The position numbers and the translations under genes were made by a program. This document shows positions 12,029-25,408 of a stretch of DNA of 64,000 bases, piece by piece. The number at the start of each line of letters is the position of its first letter. The first letter of the stretch is position 1. The notes beneath the pieces are model-generated. The model made no database searches, was not told where the DNA came from, and saw only the letters and a program-made list of their open reading frames with translations. The stretch is from Octopus vulgaris (taxonomy: Eukaryota), in contig OX597829.1 in the NCBI GenBank assembly GCA_951406725.2, forward strand, positions 50,406,001 through 50,470,000, read 5' to 3'.

Positions 12029-12562
12029 TAATACATTTCTAAATCTCTCAGGAAGATTTATGCAGTAGCAGCATGATGAAGTGATAGTATATTGTCAACT
12101 TAATGTGACAGTCCCATGAAAGGGAAGAATGCTACTGTTATTTAGCCCAAAGGAAACACCGTTTCCTGTTGGACTTGACACATTTCCGGTGTCCTTATGT
12201 TTTCAAAGTGGAGAGAAGAACCTCCACCCAGCATAAATCTCTCTGTGAGATTTAGAAATATATTATTTCTATTTTCAAAAATCAGTGAATGTATTTCACT
12301 TGAAATATATGTTTCCAAAGGGGAATAAGCATCGACAGCTAGCAGATCATGCTACTCCAGACTGATGATGAGCAATGACTCTGAAACTAGTCTCTGGATG
12401 CTGGCTTTGTTGGGTGGAGGTGCTTATCTCCACTTTGAAAACACAAGGACACAGGAAATGTGTCAAGTCCAACAGGAAATGGTGTTTCCTAGGGCTAAAT
12501 AACAGTAGCATTCTTCCCTTTCATGGGACTGCCACATTAAGTTGACAACATGCTATTACTTT
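12029..12562. mobile_element. PLE-like terminal repeat in inverted arrangement
   Basis: ~12080-12232 is inverted at ~12408-12560, and 12029-12063 is inverted at 12231-12267. Contains a hammerhead. Same family at 43033. Confidence 0.7.
12356..12398 (+). ncRNA. Minimal type I hammerhead ribozyme
   Basis: TCCAGA-CTGATGA-T-GAG(CAATGA)CTC-T-GAAA-CTAG-TC-TCTGGA: canonical core, 6-bp stem I, palindromic stem III, GUC cleavage triplet. Confidence 0.75.
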
Positions 12563-13412
12563 GTATGTATGTATGTATGTATGTATGTATGTATGTGTGT
12601 GTGTATGTATGTATGTTTGTATGTATGTATGTATGTATGTATGTAGTGCAATATATGGATTCATTGACAACTGTGCATATCACACAAAGCTCTTCTAGTG
12701 GACCTGGTTATCATACCACATAGTAATCAAACAGAGGGGAGAATAATGGAGAGTTCTATACAGCTGAAATCAGTGTTGGAGTATTGGGGTAAACATGATG
12801 TTCTGGTGATCTGAAAAACTAGCCGTTTATATCTGCATTGATTTGTAAAATGAGTAGCATGCATATTGGTACCAGAATCATTGCAGGCTGCAAAACAGCC
12901 ATAATCATACAGATATCAAATCCGTCGTCGTCGTCGTCGTCATCATCATCATCATCATCATCATCTTCATCATCTTATTATTGCAGGCTGCAAAACAGCC
13001 ATAATCATACAGATATCAAATGGATCATCGTCATCATCATCATCATCATCATCTTCATCATCTACATTCACTTTCCTTTCTCACCTCATATTGCCTGACT
13101 TTTTATAGCTTTTGTATACATACATATATATTGTGCTATGCTGAGAAAACATGCTCAATACCAGAATTTTCAAAACTAGCAATGCTTCTTCACAGCCTTG
13201 CTTAGAAACAGATGAGATCGATGATATATATATATATATATATATACAAATAAGAAAATGGAGAAACAGATTTCTTTCAATCATCAACTTACAGATATTA
13301 CCAATTCATATTATTTATTAACTACTTAAATAGGAACATCCAAATCCAACAGAATAAATCAATATACATCAATAAGTAAGATAATACCATAAAAATAATA
13401 CACATAAAATGG

Positions 13413-13543
13413 ATCTTACAGCTGTTTCAGCCTGTAGATAAGAAGTATCTCATTATGCTCATATTAGTCAGATGTATTGAGGTAATATGCAGTTAAAAAT
13501 GAGTTATTTATATATATATATATCTCAAGGCCTCGTCAGAGAT
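13413..13543 (-). ncRNA. Hammerhead-like motif with long loop II
   Basis: Minus strand ATCT-CTGACGA-GGCCT...(~94 nt)...AGGCT-GAAA-CAGCTG-TA-AGAT. Confidence 0.6.
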
Positions 13544-13631
13544 TATAAAATACAATTATAAAAATATACAAATGCAAATATAAATATGAAACAAAATACA
13601 CATACACAAGAATCTATATATATATATATAC

Positions 13632-13755
13632 AATTATAAATAAGGGCAAAAGAAAAATATTTTCTATGCCAATATGCTGAAAAATAGACCTTAGATTGTC
13701 TATTTTTCAGCATATTGGCATAGAAAATATTTTTTTCTTGCCCTGATTTATACTT
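13632..13755. repeat. Long palindrome (PLE-associated family)
   Basis: AGGGCAAAAGAAAAATATTTTCTATGCCAATATGCTGAAAAATAGAC and its reverse complement across an 8-nt spacer. Confidence 0.85.
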
Positions 13756-14368
13756 GTTTATAATTTTCCCCTTAAAAGATATTTTAATATGTTGGCCACT
13801 AATAAAACTTTCTAAAAACTTTTATCCTTATATTTGTATGTATATATATATATATATAAAGAAAGAAAGAGAGAGAGAGGGCGAGAGAGAGGGGACAGAG
13901 AGAGAGAGAGATCAGGATTCAAGGGATTGGGTGTGGTCGGAAAGTAAATTGTGTACACAACAAAAACAGATGAATAACTAGAAGACAAACCTGCCTTGCT
14001 CGGGATTAAAATAGTTTATTATTGTTTTACTTGTTTCGGTATTATAACCCAGTTTCATCCGGGTCTACGTGGGCCACGTTTTAAAAGATGAACAATGTTA
14101 CTCTGGAGGCCACGTGTTTCAAATGAGCAAACTCAAAACTGCTATGCAAACTCGCCAGCACTTTTAACATAGATGTGTAAATTTTCAGCTCAATCCAACC
14201 ACATATGCACATATTATATACATACATTCGCATTAAATATATATGCACATATATACTCATTATATACATACACACATATATATAGATATATATACGCATT
14301 ATGTATACATATTTATACACATTATATATATATACACACACATATATATCCAAATATCGATATATACA

Positions 14369-14414
<46 letters not shown>

Positions 14415-14628
14415 TATATATATAAATCAACATAATAAATATCTGATTAATAATATCTGTTATCATGATTGTGCGGTGGTGGTGGTGGGCGATAATAATT
14501 AACCGTTGTAAAAGCCCTGTAGCGGGAATATTTAAACTTCAAGAGAGTGAAATATATTTCCGACACAATATAATTATTTACTATTTTATTCCTCTCCATT
14601 AATTACACTTGCGGCTGTCAACGCTTTC

Positions 14629-14696
<68 letters not shown>

Positions 14697-14699
<3 letters not shown>

Positions 14700-15031
14700 T
14701 TTTATTCTTTTACTAGTATTTTGATGCGGCCATGCTGATATATTATTCTTTGTATACTATATCGGTCTCTTTTTGCCGAACCGCTAAGTGATAAACACAC
14801 CAGCATCGGTTGTCAAGCAATGCTAGGGGACAAACACAGACATACACACACACACACATATATATATATATACGACAGGCTTCTTTCAGTTTCCGTCTAC
14901 CAAATCCACTCACAAGGCATTGGTCGGCCCGGAGCTATAGCAGAAGACACTTGCCCAAGATGCCACGCAGTGGGATAACCCGGAACCATGTGGTTGGTTA
15001 GCAAGCTACTTACCACACAGCCACTCCTGCG

Positions 15032-15033
<2 letters not shown>
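14697..15033 (-). mobile_element. SINE family A, partly deleted
   Basis: Homologous to 8645-9058. Confidence 0.85.
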
Positions 15034-15087
<54 letters not shown>

Positions 15088-16310
15088 ATATATAGAAAGA
15101 CATACAGAGAGAGAGGCAGGGGGAGAAAGAGTGACAGAGAGACAGCGAATACGGAGAGGGAAAGAGAGTGAGTAGAAGCTGTCAAAAGCTGTTATAGAGA
15201 TAAAGAGGAGGGAAGGGGGAAAGAAAGAGATGGAAGAAGAAAGGGTGATAACCGTAAGGGAGAAACAACAAACACTTACCATCTAACCTCCTGCGCCCGA
15301 TATATACTTCTATATACACTCCTATATATATATCCACCCCTATATATCTTTCCTCTTCTCCCTTACTCTCTTTCTCTCTGCTCCCTCACTCTCCTCTCTC
15401 CCCCTCCTCCCCACCCAACTCTCCTCTCTTGCCCGGACTCCTACTTCTCTTCACTGCTACTTCCCTTCACCCCTACTCTCTTTCCCTCTTACTCTCCCCT
15501 CCGTCCCTCTTACTCTCTCTTCTCTCCTACTCTTTCACCCTCTCTTTCTCTCTTCTCTCCTCACATACCCACCTTCCTCTCCCCCATAAACCCACCCACC
15601 CCTACTCCACCTTCCCTATCCTTCCCATCCTATCCCACATACATACCCCACCTCTACCCCTCTCTGCCTACCCACAAACCCCAACCCCCAGCCGAACCCA
15701 CACCCCACCCATGCTTTCCCCACTCTCGCCTCCCCTACCACCCAACAACATCACACCACACGCGTAACAATTAAATTAATTTAACAATTAAGAAAAAAAA
15801 ATAGGGTTAGAGTTAGGGGGAGGGTTAGGGTTAGTTACAGGATGTTGTCTCAGTTTTAGACGCAGCAAATGATTTTAGTTGAATAAAGGTAATCGATTGG
15901 TTAAAATTGCCGAAATGCTCGGATTTTCAGACGAAATATCTTACGAACTATAGAATTTTCTCAATAAAGCCAAGAAAAAATGATGTTTTATAAACACATT
16001 CTACCAGTATACGAAGTTTAAAAGTGTTTAGTTAACTAGAAATTGTGTTGAAAACTGCCGTTCAAAAGGAAAAGATCCTAACCCTTCTTGGTAGGCCACA
16101 GACCAACAACTGAAACGAATAAAAAATAAACAAGAAAGAAAGACTGAGAGAGAGAGAGAGAGGGAGAGAGAGAGAGAGAGAGAATTTCTTTATTCACCAT
16201 AAGGTTGGGAAAAAGAGGGGACGATACGAGGACAGACAAAACAAACATTGGGGTCGGGGTATCGAACGAGACGAAATGTATGAATAAACAAACAATTAAA
16301 ATATATACAA

Positions 16311-18636
16311 CTAGCAGTATCGCTCGGCGTTGCTCGGGTTTGTAAGGGAAATAACTATGTAAGCATTTTTGGAGAGTTATAGCCAAAATATAGCAAAAAA
16401 TGCATTAAAAATTGAAAAAAATTATGGTAAATTTTTTTTTAAATCGTTGACTCATCGTAGACATTTTTAGAGAGTTACTTCCCTTATATTTAAAAAATAT
16501 GCATTAAAATGGAAAAAAATGATGGTAAATTTTTTTTAATCGTAGACTCATCGTAGACACGCGCTAATACCCAGAAGGGCTCGATATGAATCACGACTAT
16601 AAGATACCCGGTTTTGGTTAAACTGCACCGCAAAATGTGGGAGTAGTTAGGAATCTAAATCGTAGGAGACAGACACTCACACAACTTCACTTTTATATAT
16701 AACTAGCAGTATCGCCCGGCGTTGCTCGGGTTTGTAAGGGAAATAACTATATAAGCATTTTTAGAGAGTTACTTCCTTTATAGATGCCAATTCCGGGCTT
16801 TCTTAGCCATTTCTGTTTTGGTGTTTTCAAGCCATGAAGTCGTTGTTCTAAAAGAACGCTGGTCTCCTTGACAACGCATTACGACGTTGATTTCCTTAAA
16901 CTCCCTTCCCCACAGTTTCACGAGGGAGGGAAGAAGGGGGAGAAGCAAACACAGGTGCAGGTGTTTGAGCGTGGACGCCAACTCCGCCGCCATCGACACA
17001 CGAAAAATTGTGCATTAAAATGGAATAAAAAATGATGTTAAATTATTTTTAAAATCGTAGACTCATCGTAGACGCGCGCTAATAGCCAGACGGGCTTGAT
17101 ATTAATCACGACTATAAGATACCCGAATTTGGTTAAACTGCACCGCAAAATGTGGGAGGAGTTAGGAATCTAAATCGTAGGAGACAGACACTCACACAAC
17201 TTCACTTTTATATATATACTAGCAGTATCGCCCGGCGTTGCTCGGGTTTGTAAGGGAAATAACTATATAAGCATTTTTAGAGAGTTACTTCCCTTATAAA
17301 TTCGGGCTTTCTTAGCCATTTTTGTTTTGGTGTCTTCAAGCCATGAAGTCGTTGTTCTAAAAGAACGCTGGTTTCCTTCACAACGCATTACGACGTTGAT
17401 TTCTTTACACTCCCTTCCCCACAGCTTCACGAGGGAGGGAAGGGGGAGAAGCAAACAGGTGCAGCTGTGAGCGTGGACGCCAACTCCGCCGCCATCGACA
17501 CACGATGCATTTTATGCATTAAAATGGAATAAAAAATGATGTTAAATTATTTTTTAAAATCGTAGACTCATCGTTGACGCGCGCTAATAGTCAGACGGGC
17601 TCGATATGAATCACGACTTTAAGATACCCGAATTTGGTTAAACTGCACCGCAAAATGTGGGAGGAGTTAGGAATCTAAATCGAAGGGGACAGACACTCAC
17701 ACAACTAGAGTTTTATATATATATAGACTAGCAGTATCGCCCGGCGTTGCTCGGGTTTGTAAGGGAAATAACTATATAAGTATTTTTAGAGAGTTTCTTC
17801 CCTTATAAATTCGGGCTTTCTTAGCCATTTTTGTTTTGGTGTCTTCAAGCCATGAAGTCGTTGTTCTAAAAGAACGCTGGTTTCCTTCACAACGCATTAC
17901 GACGTTGATTTCCTTACACTCCCTTCCCCACAGCTTCACGAGGGAGGGAAGGGGGAGGAGCAAACAGGTGCAGCTGTGAGCGTGGACGCCAACTCCGCCG
18001 CCATCGACATACGATGCATTTTATGCATTAAAATGGAATAAAAAATGATGTTAAATTATTTTTAAAATCGTAGACTCATCGTTGACGCGCGCTAATAGTC
18101 AGACGGGCTCGATATGAATCACGACTATAAGATACCCGAATTTGGTTAAACTGCACCGCAAAATGTGGGAGGAGTTAGGAATCTAAATCGAAGGGGACAG
18201 ACACTCACACAACTAGAGTTTTATATATATAGATATAGAAGACTAGCAGTATCGCCCGGCGTTGCTCGGGTTTGTAAGGGAAATAACTATATAAGCATTT
18301 TTAGAGAGCTATAGCCAAAAGTAGCAAAAAATGCAATAAAAACGGGAAAAAAATGATGGTAATTTTTTTTTTAAATCGTTGACTCATCGTAGACATTTTT
18401 AGAGAGTTACTTCCCTTATATAATAGCGAAAAAATGCATTAAAATGGAAAAAATGATGGTATTTTTTTTTTAAATCGTAGACTCATCGTAGACTCGCGCT
18501 AATACCCAGAAAGGCTTGATATGAATCACGACTATAAGATACCCGGTTTTGGTTAAACTGCACCGCAAAATGTGGGAGTAGTTAGGAATCTAAATCGTAG
18601 GAGACAGACACACAACTACAGTTTTATATATATAGA
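16311..18636 (-). mobile_element. Head-to-tail array of five non-autonomous Helitrons
   Basis: CTAG ends at 16311, 16703, 17219, 17728 and 18243. On the minus strand each has the hairpin CCCGAGCAACGCCGGG ~9 nt before the terminal CTAG. 5' TC start at 18636. Confidence 0.85.
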
Positions 18637-19379
18637 TTAAATGAGAATGAGTGATTTACAAAAAAAATGAAGCGGAGGACGCGTTCGATCCCACAAACCA
18701 CATACTCACACTTGAAGGGAGAGAGAAAGCTAGTTGCCGCTTGACGTCTTAGAGATAAAGATACTCTTCCACTGTCGCCAAACGGATTCCAAGAACACAC
18801 TTTGACAAAGTGAAGAAAGCATGTTACAAATCAAGGAGCGGCAAATCAGAAACAGAGGCTGTTATAGAACATAGTTTAGTTGATAAGTAGACATTATATC
18901 ACGATATCAGAATACGCGGTAGATTGTGCAAGTCTGTGTATTACATACGGCTAATTATTAATAAGCGTCAAAGAAATATTTGTTACTTTGTTTTGGTTCT
19001 TTGTTTTTTGTTTGTGTTGTTTTGTTTTGTTTGTTTATTGTGGTGTTGGTTGTTTTGGGTTGTTTTCTTATCTGAGTTTTTTTGTTCTTATGTTTTGTTC
19101 GTTTTTTTTTTCCTAAAAAAAAACAACAAGAAAAGAGGAAAGTGTATATGAAAGAAAAAGTGTGTATGAAATAAAAATCGTGTGTATGTGTAGGGGTGGG
19201 GGTAAGTATAGAGACGTTTGCGTACATGAATGTGTGTTGTGTGTGTAGGGGTGAGTATGTGTGTTGTGTATGTGTGTGTGTGTTATGTGTGGGTGGGTGT
19301 TGGTGTGTGCGCACACAGGAAAGGGAGTCAGCATTCTCCAAAGTGAAACAAAGGAAGAAAGAAACAAACACACAAATGA

Positions 19380-19745
19380 ATGAAGGAAAGAAGGAAGGAA
19401 TGGTTGAAGGAAGGAAGGAAGGAAAGAAAGAAAAAAGAAGGAAGGAAAGAAAGAAAGAAAAAAGAAGGAAAGAAAGAAAGAAAGAAGGAAAGACAGAAAG
19501 AAAGAAAGAAAAATGAAGGAAAGACAGAAAGAAAGAAAAAAGAAGGAAAGAAAGAAAGAAAAAAGAAGGAAAGAAAGAAAGAAGGAAAGAAAGAAAGAAG
19601 GAAGGAAAGACAGAAAGAAAGAAAGAAGGAAGGAAAGACAGAAAGAAAGAAAGAAGGAAGGAAAGAAAGAAAAAAGAAGGAAAGAAAGAAAGAAAGAAAA
19701 GAAGGAAAGAAAGAAAGAAAAAAAAAGAAGGAAAGAAAGAAAGCA
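19380..19745. repeat. Polypurine (GAAA/GGAA)n tract
   Basis: Direct reading. Source of the spurious K/E/R-rich and F/L/S-rich ORFs. Confidence 0.95.
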
Positions 19746-20227
19746 TCAAATAAACAAAAAATAAAAGAAAAGAGGCAAGCAACCAAGAAAGAAAGAACCA
19801 ACCAACCAAAGAAGGAAAGAAGTTATTCTTAGACCCGGAAAACATGTCCAGCAGAGTGAACTCCATTAAAACTTACTAAATGGTTTTGTAGTGATGATGA
19901 TGATGATGGTGGTGGTGATTATGGTGGTGGGGGTGGTGGGGGTGGCAGTGACGGGGCTGGAATTAGACTAACCAAACTAAATAGATCTGGTGTCAAGCTT
20001 GACTGAACTCGCCTATGATCAGAGGCAATCCAGCTGCGATCATCCTATGGTTGTGTTTCGCTTCCTGACTGCATGGTTCTTGGTTCAGTCCTACTGTGTA
20101 ACACTTTGAACAACTATCTACTATTATAGCCTCAGTCTTGTCAGTAGATTTGGTAGATGGAAACTGAAAGAAGCCTCGTCTATGTATATGTATATATATA
20201 ATAATAATAATAGTAATAACAATAAGG

Positions 20228-20731
20228 CACACACCAGAAAAGGTCACAGAAAACGAGAAAGCAACCATACTCTGGGATATGCCGAAACACACAGATAGAG
20301 AAATTAAGGCCAACAGACCAGATATAGTTGTCAGAGATCATGAAGAAAAAAAATGCTTTCTAATTTATGTATCAATACCGGCTGATGACAACGTGTCTCT
20401 AAAAGAAATGGAGAAACTCTCAAAATACAAAGACCTGGAAATAGAGGTAACTAGAATGTGGAATCTGAAAACAGAAACAATTCCTATCATAGTAGGTGCA
20501 TTAGGCATGATAAAAAAATATTCAGACAAATACATAACAAAAACACCAGGACTTACAAACACATATAACATACAGAAAATTGCACTACTAGGCACTGCAC
20601 ACATCCTACGCAGAACACTTTCCATACAATAACCATCAGAGCATCAGAACAAATCACAGCACATACCCAAGGCACACAGAGCTGCGCTCGGTAGTGAAGT
20701 GAAAGCACGCTATAAAAAATAAAACTACTGA
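20228..20731 (+). mobile_element. R4/Dong-type (RLE) LINE 3' fragment: restriction-like endonuclease C-terminus plus 3' UTR
   Basis: HTPEKVTENEKATILWD..NRPDIVV..LI(Y)VSIP..EKLSKYKDL..PIIVGALG..IQKIALLGTAHILR* (stop 20632). Flanked by (TAA)n on both sides. Confidence 0.85.
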
Positions 20732-20756
20732 ATAATAATAATAATAATGATAATAG

Positions 20757-21245
20757 TACATTGTTTTGTCTTGGTATAAAAGATGGGCTACAGCAAATAT
20801 TCTGCTCAATACCACAGATTTGCTTGTCAGTTGTTTGACCTTAACCAGTTGAGCATGTCCCTTAGTGGCTGACGATATGTGCATCTCTGATCACGAGCAG
20901 AAGTAGTGGGGGAGCATCATAGCCATGTGTTGAGAGGGATTCTTAGCGGTTTGGATAATTCACCTCTGGAAACATGGGTGGTTCTTTCAACATCCTTAAA
21001 CAACCCTTATTCAGGGACCTTTTGAGCGGGATGGGCTATTCAACCTGAAGAAAATTCTAACTGGGCCCCACCTGCAAGGTCATGTGCTGTTTATCTTGAT
21101 ATGAGATCACCATGTCGCGCACATATGGTTGTGATGCATGTGCCTGGTGTACCTTTATCAGACGGGTAGTCATGATGGGTATATTGGGCTTCGCATATTT
21201 AACCCCAGTGTCACTTTGATGGCATGCACTGCTCTCTCACTCAAT
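20757..21245. mobile_element. Unclassified interspersed element between (TAA)n runs
   Basis: Complex sequence ending CACTGCTCTCTCACTC-(AAT)n. Probably a retroelement end, family not assigned. Confidence 0.4.
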
Positions 21246-21406
21246 AATAATAATAATAATAGAGAGTATAACTCCAAACTTACAGGGAAAAATTCAATTT
21301 AGTATCAAATCAAATTTCACAGTATAAATATATAATATATAAAAATTAGTCTATCATTGTTTGAATAATTGCATAATAGTGAGTTTTTCTTTAATATATA
21401 TATATA

Positions 21407-21790
21407 GGCATAGGAGTGGCTGTATGGTAAGTAGCTTGCTTCCCAATCACATGGGCAAGTGTTTTCTACTTGGGCCAACCAAAGCCTTGTGAGTGGATTT
21501 GGTAGATGGAAACTGAAAGAAGCCCGTTGTGTGTGTGTGTGTATATATATATATATGTATGTATGTATATATTTATGTATGTGTTTGCATGTCTGTGTTT
21601 GTCTCTCCACCACCGCTTCACAATTGCTGTTGGTGTATTTATGTCCCCCGTAACTTTGCAGTTTGTTAAAAAGAGATCAATAGAATGAGTACTAGGCTTA
21701 CAAAGAATATGTCTTGGGGTTGGTTCGTTCAGCTAAAGGCAATGCTCCAGCATGGCCACAGTCAAATGACTGAAACCAGTAAAAGAATAA
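21407..21790 (+). mobile_element. SINE family A
   Basis: Head GGCATAGGAGTGGCTGTATGGTAAG, tail CAGCATGGCCACAGTCAAATGACTGAAAC. Confidence 0.85.
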
Positions 21791-21805
21791 AAGAATAAAG
21801 AAATA

Positions 21806-22078
21806 TCATCATCATTATCATCATCGTTTAACGTCCGCTTTCCATGCTAGCATGGGTTGGACGGTTCAACTGGGGTCTGGGGAGCCAGAAGGCTGCACCA
21901 GGCCAGTCAGATCTGGCAGTGTTTCTACAGCTGGATGCCCTTCCTAATGCCAACCACTCTGAGAGTGTAGTGGGTGACTTTATGTGCCACCGACACAGGT
22001 GCCAGACGAGGCTGGCGAACGGCCACGCTCGGATGGTGTTTTTTATGTGCCACCGACACAGGTGCCAGACGAGGCTAG
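21806..22078 (-). mobile_element. RTE 3' fragment
   Basis: Same tail as 4315. Confidence 0.8.
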
Positions 22079-22099
22079 CAGCTGTAATATGTGTAAATT

Positions 22100-22220
22100 A
22101 ATAGAAATCCAGAGAAAAGAGATTTACATATCCAGGTTTTATTACACAGTTAATTACATCTTGTGATTAACTGTATAATAAAACCTGGATATGTAAATCT
22201 CTTTTCTCTGGATTTCTATT
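22100..22220. repeat. Long palindrome
   Basis: ATAGAAATCCAGAGAAAAGAGATTTACATATCCAGGTTTTATTA..., mirrored around 22160. Confidence 0.85.
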
Positions 22221-23169
22221 TATTTCTCATTTCTTCTCTACCGACGCTTTGCTGTCTCTTTAAAGACATTTGGATTTACCAAAGTTAGGATTTACCGAGT
22301 ATAGTGAAGTCAACTAACTCGTGTTCAAATACATTCACTGAGCCAGCATTGTTAGCCAATAAAATCAAGCATGGTACCCATTAGGGTTATATACTCCTCT
22401 TAACCAATTTTGGAAATTTACCTTTATATATATATATATGTAAATACATGTGTGTAAGTGTGTGTGTATCTGTGCTTGTCCCCCCACCACTGCTTGACAA
22501 CTGGTTTTGTTGTGTTTATATCCCCATCACTTAGCGGTTCAGCAAAGAATCTGATAGAATAAACACCAGGCTTAAAGTTCTGGACTCAGCTCTCCAAGGT
22601 GGTGCCCCAGCATGATCAGAATCAAATGACTGAAATGAATAAGATATATTAGGTACAATACATCCTGGACCATAGTAATGCAAAGTGTCTGCTGCTATTT
22701 TCTAGGTGAGATTCTTTGAGAGATTTCACTGATATTTCCATCAACTTGAGTGACTTTTGAGGAAGCAGAGCTGACCTTATTTTCTTGTAGAAAAATGGAC
22801 TTAGTATGGATGGTGTGAAAGAAGGAGAGAAGAAATAAAATGGGATACAAAGATTAATGTCTAGAATCTAAGCAAGACATTTTGAATATGTTAGTAAGAT
22901 TTCCGTGTCTTATTTCTGTTCAGTCCATTAAATGCAATTTGTATTTCACCTGTCAAAACATACCTCGGTAAATAAAATATGAAAAATAATATAGAAAAAC
23001 AAAAAGTTTATGAGGGAGATTTTGTTGAATTTTCTAGTAGATTGAGAGATTTTATAGAAAATACCACACTGGGTCACATAAATGCAGGAATGAAATTTGC
23101 CTAGTGGGGTGTAAACTCAGATCCAAAATTTATAACAGACAGAGACCTCTGGATATATGCTGTGACTGT

Positions 23170-23660
23170 GAAGACCTGACAAATGAAGTGAGTTCATGGC
23201 TCGCAAGATGGCCTGCTGTGCTAACCTTGGATCGTAGAGTGACCCGCTGTTCTTGAGGAGACCTATTGAGTCAAGTACGTCAATGTCAACACCAACATCA
23301 AAATGAAAATCAAATGGAAATTGTAGTTAAGGTACCCGTGCAGGTGACGCGTAAAAAGCACCATCCAAATGTGACCGATGCCAGTGCTGCTTTGACTGGT
23401 TTCTGTGCTGGTGACATGTAAAAGCACCAACCGATCGTGGCCGTTTGCCAGCTTCCTCTGGCCCATGTGCCGGTGGCACATTAAAAGCAACCACTACACT
23501 CACGGAGTGGTTGGCATTAGGAAGGGCATTTAGCTGTAAAAACACTGCCAGATCAGACTAGAGCTTGGTGCTGCCTCCTGGCTTCCCAGACCCCGGTCAA
23601 ACCATCCAACCTATACCAGCCTGGAAAACGGACATTAAACGATGATGATGATGATGATGA
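23170..23660 (+). mobile_element. RTE 3' fragment with (GAT)n tail
   Basis: Ends GGAAAACGGACATTAAAC(GAT)n. Confidence 0.8.
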
Positions 23661-24112
23661 AGATTGATTTTTTTTCAATCTCAATTTCAAAACAAATACA
23701 GTTATATTGATAGTTGTGATTATTTGTGCATGAATCAAATCATAATAATCCAAAAATGGGAAAGTGATATTTCAAATCAGCCCCCCAAAATTTCAACATT
23801 CGTCGATGAAGTTTTTTCAATTGTGCCACAACTGCCCACCCTCACTGCACAAAAAATTTTAGTAGGTGCATGTTGCAAAACTAGTGCTGAGTATGCTAGA
23901 ATCTGGTAAATTACAAGTAAGAATGAGTATTGCTGAAAAGGCCTAATAAAACTGAAATATGCTCTGCATTGTCACTGCACTTAGCAAGATTAAACTCATC
24001 TAAACCACATGTCCACAATCTGCCTTTAATTAAGATTTTAGGGTTGTCGCCCCTTTCTTTACAACTAATGGTTATTCTATTCACACACAAAGGGTGTAAT
24101 TTTTATTGATCA

Positions 24113-25369
24113 CTAGCAGTATAGCCCAGCTTTGCTTGGGATTAAGTTAGGATTATTAAGCTAATCAAGCTCTTTATTTCAAAGCAAACTAAGTAACATC
24201 GACATCAAATTTGAGTGAAATCCGTTAAAATTGGTAAACTTTTGGCTGAAATTTTGCTGACAATTTGATTGGGAAATCCCATAAGGAATCGGTTTATCGA
24301 TTTTTTCTACTCATCGATTGTTTTTGGTTTTTTTTTCGTTTTTGGAGAACTTAAAGCATTCAAAGATCCCATGAGTCCTAAGTAATGCTGGCATCACGTT
24401 TGAACAAAATACATCAAAATTGGTAGACGTTATGGTTGAAAATGGGGTGTAGCCAATTTTAGTGGGAAGTCCTATAAGGAATTGGTTTATCGATTTTTTT
24501 TATCCTGATTAAATGGAAAACCCCATAAGGAATCAGTTTATTGATTTTTCACCCCAAATAGGACTTAACTGAACATTGCTGATTCAAAAACTATATTTAT
24601 ACTTTAAAGTTGGTTTTTATACCCAACTCAGTTTTGCAGAATCAGTGTCGCGACAGGAGCGCATGGGTTGGGAGTTTGATTGGCAGAGGTGATCAGGTTG
24701 CATATGCCAACCCTTTTGAAAACACCACCCCATCATGTAACCCCACTTTGCCAATGGGTTAGGAACCCTTCCAGCAAGGAAAATAGAACGCCCAAAAGGG
24801 CCTCCGATCCTCTGTGTGAGAAGCGGTTATGTTCAGATCACGACTAAGTATATATATATATATATATATATATGGGCAACACACACACACCAGCATATAT
24901 GTACATACACCTATTGCATATATGTTTTTGCACGCCTTTGCTCCTGCCCGTGACCCACCACCACCTCCTACCCAAGTAATACTATCAATTGAAGCAAATT
25001 TGGCATCTGGACATAAGTTTTGTAACAGGAATAGAGAAGCTTACCTTCTCCCACAGAGATGTGAGAGTCAGATCTCTCCTTTTGAAAACATGAACACTTT
25101 CGAAACATTGTTTACAAAATAGTAGCTGATCATTTGCGAAGGAGCTTGTCTACAGTCAACACGTAGGTCTTTTGCTCTGGTAACCTCTGCTCTCTCCCAT
25201 GTTCATGCACAACCAGCTATATATCGCTATGAGTAGAGCAATGGATTCAGCTAATTTGGAAATTAGTTGTGGAGAAATGGAGAATATCGATATTGTGTAA
25301 ATATATATATATATACGGGCAACACACACACACATTGCATGCATGTGTTTTGTACACATACATGCTTGT

Positions 25370-25408
<39 letters not shown>

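Noticed and set aside
11550-12068. HTYI/MYVC ORFs (also 6772-7378 and 32201-32789)
   Set aside because: (ACAT)n microsatellite translations.
15802-15833. Telomere
   Set aside because: Only a few degenerate TTAGGG units inside an interspersed element.
18958-19866. 302-aa hydrophobic ORF, the longest in the window
   Set aside because: Antisense reading of a (GAAA)n tract, with no domain.
23664-23909. 81-aa ORF as a host exon
   Set aside because: No recognisable motif or convincing splice context on either strand.
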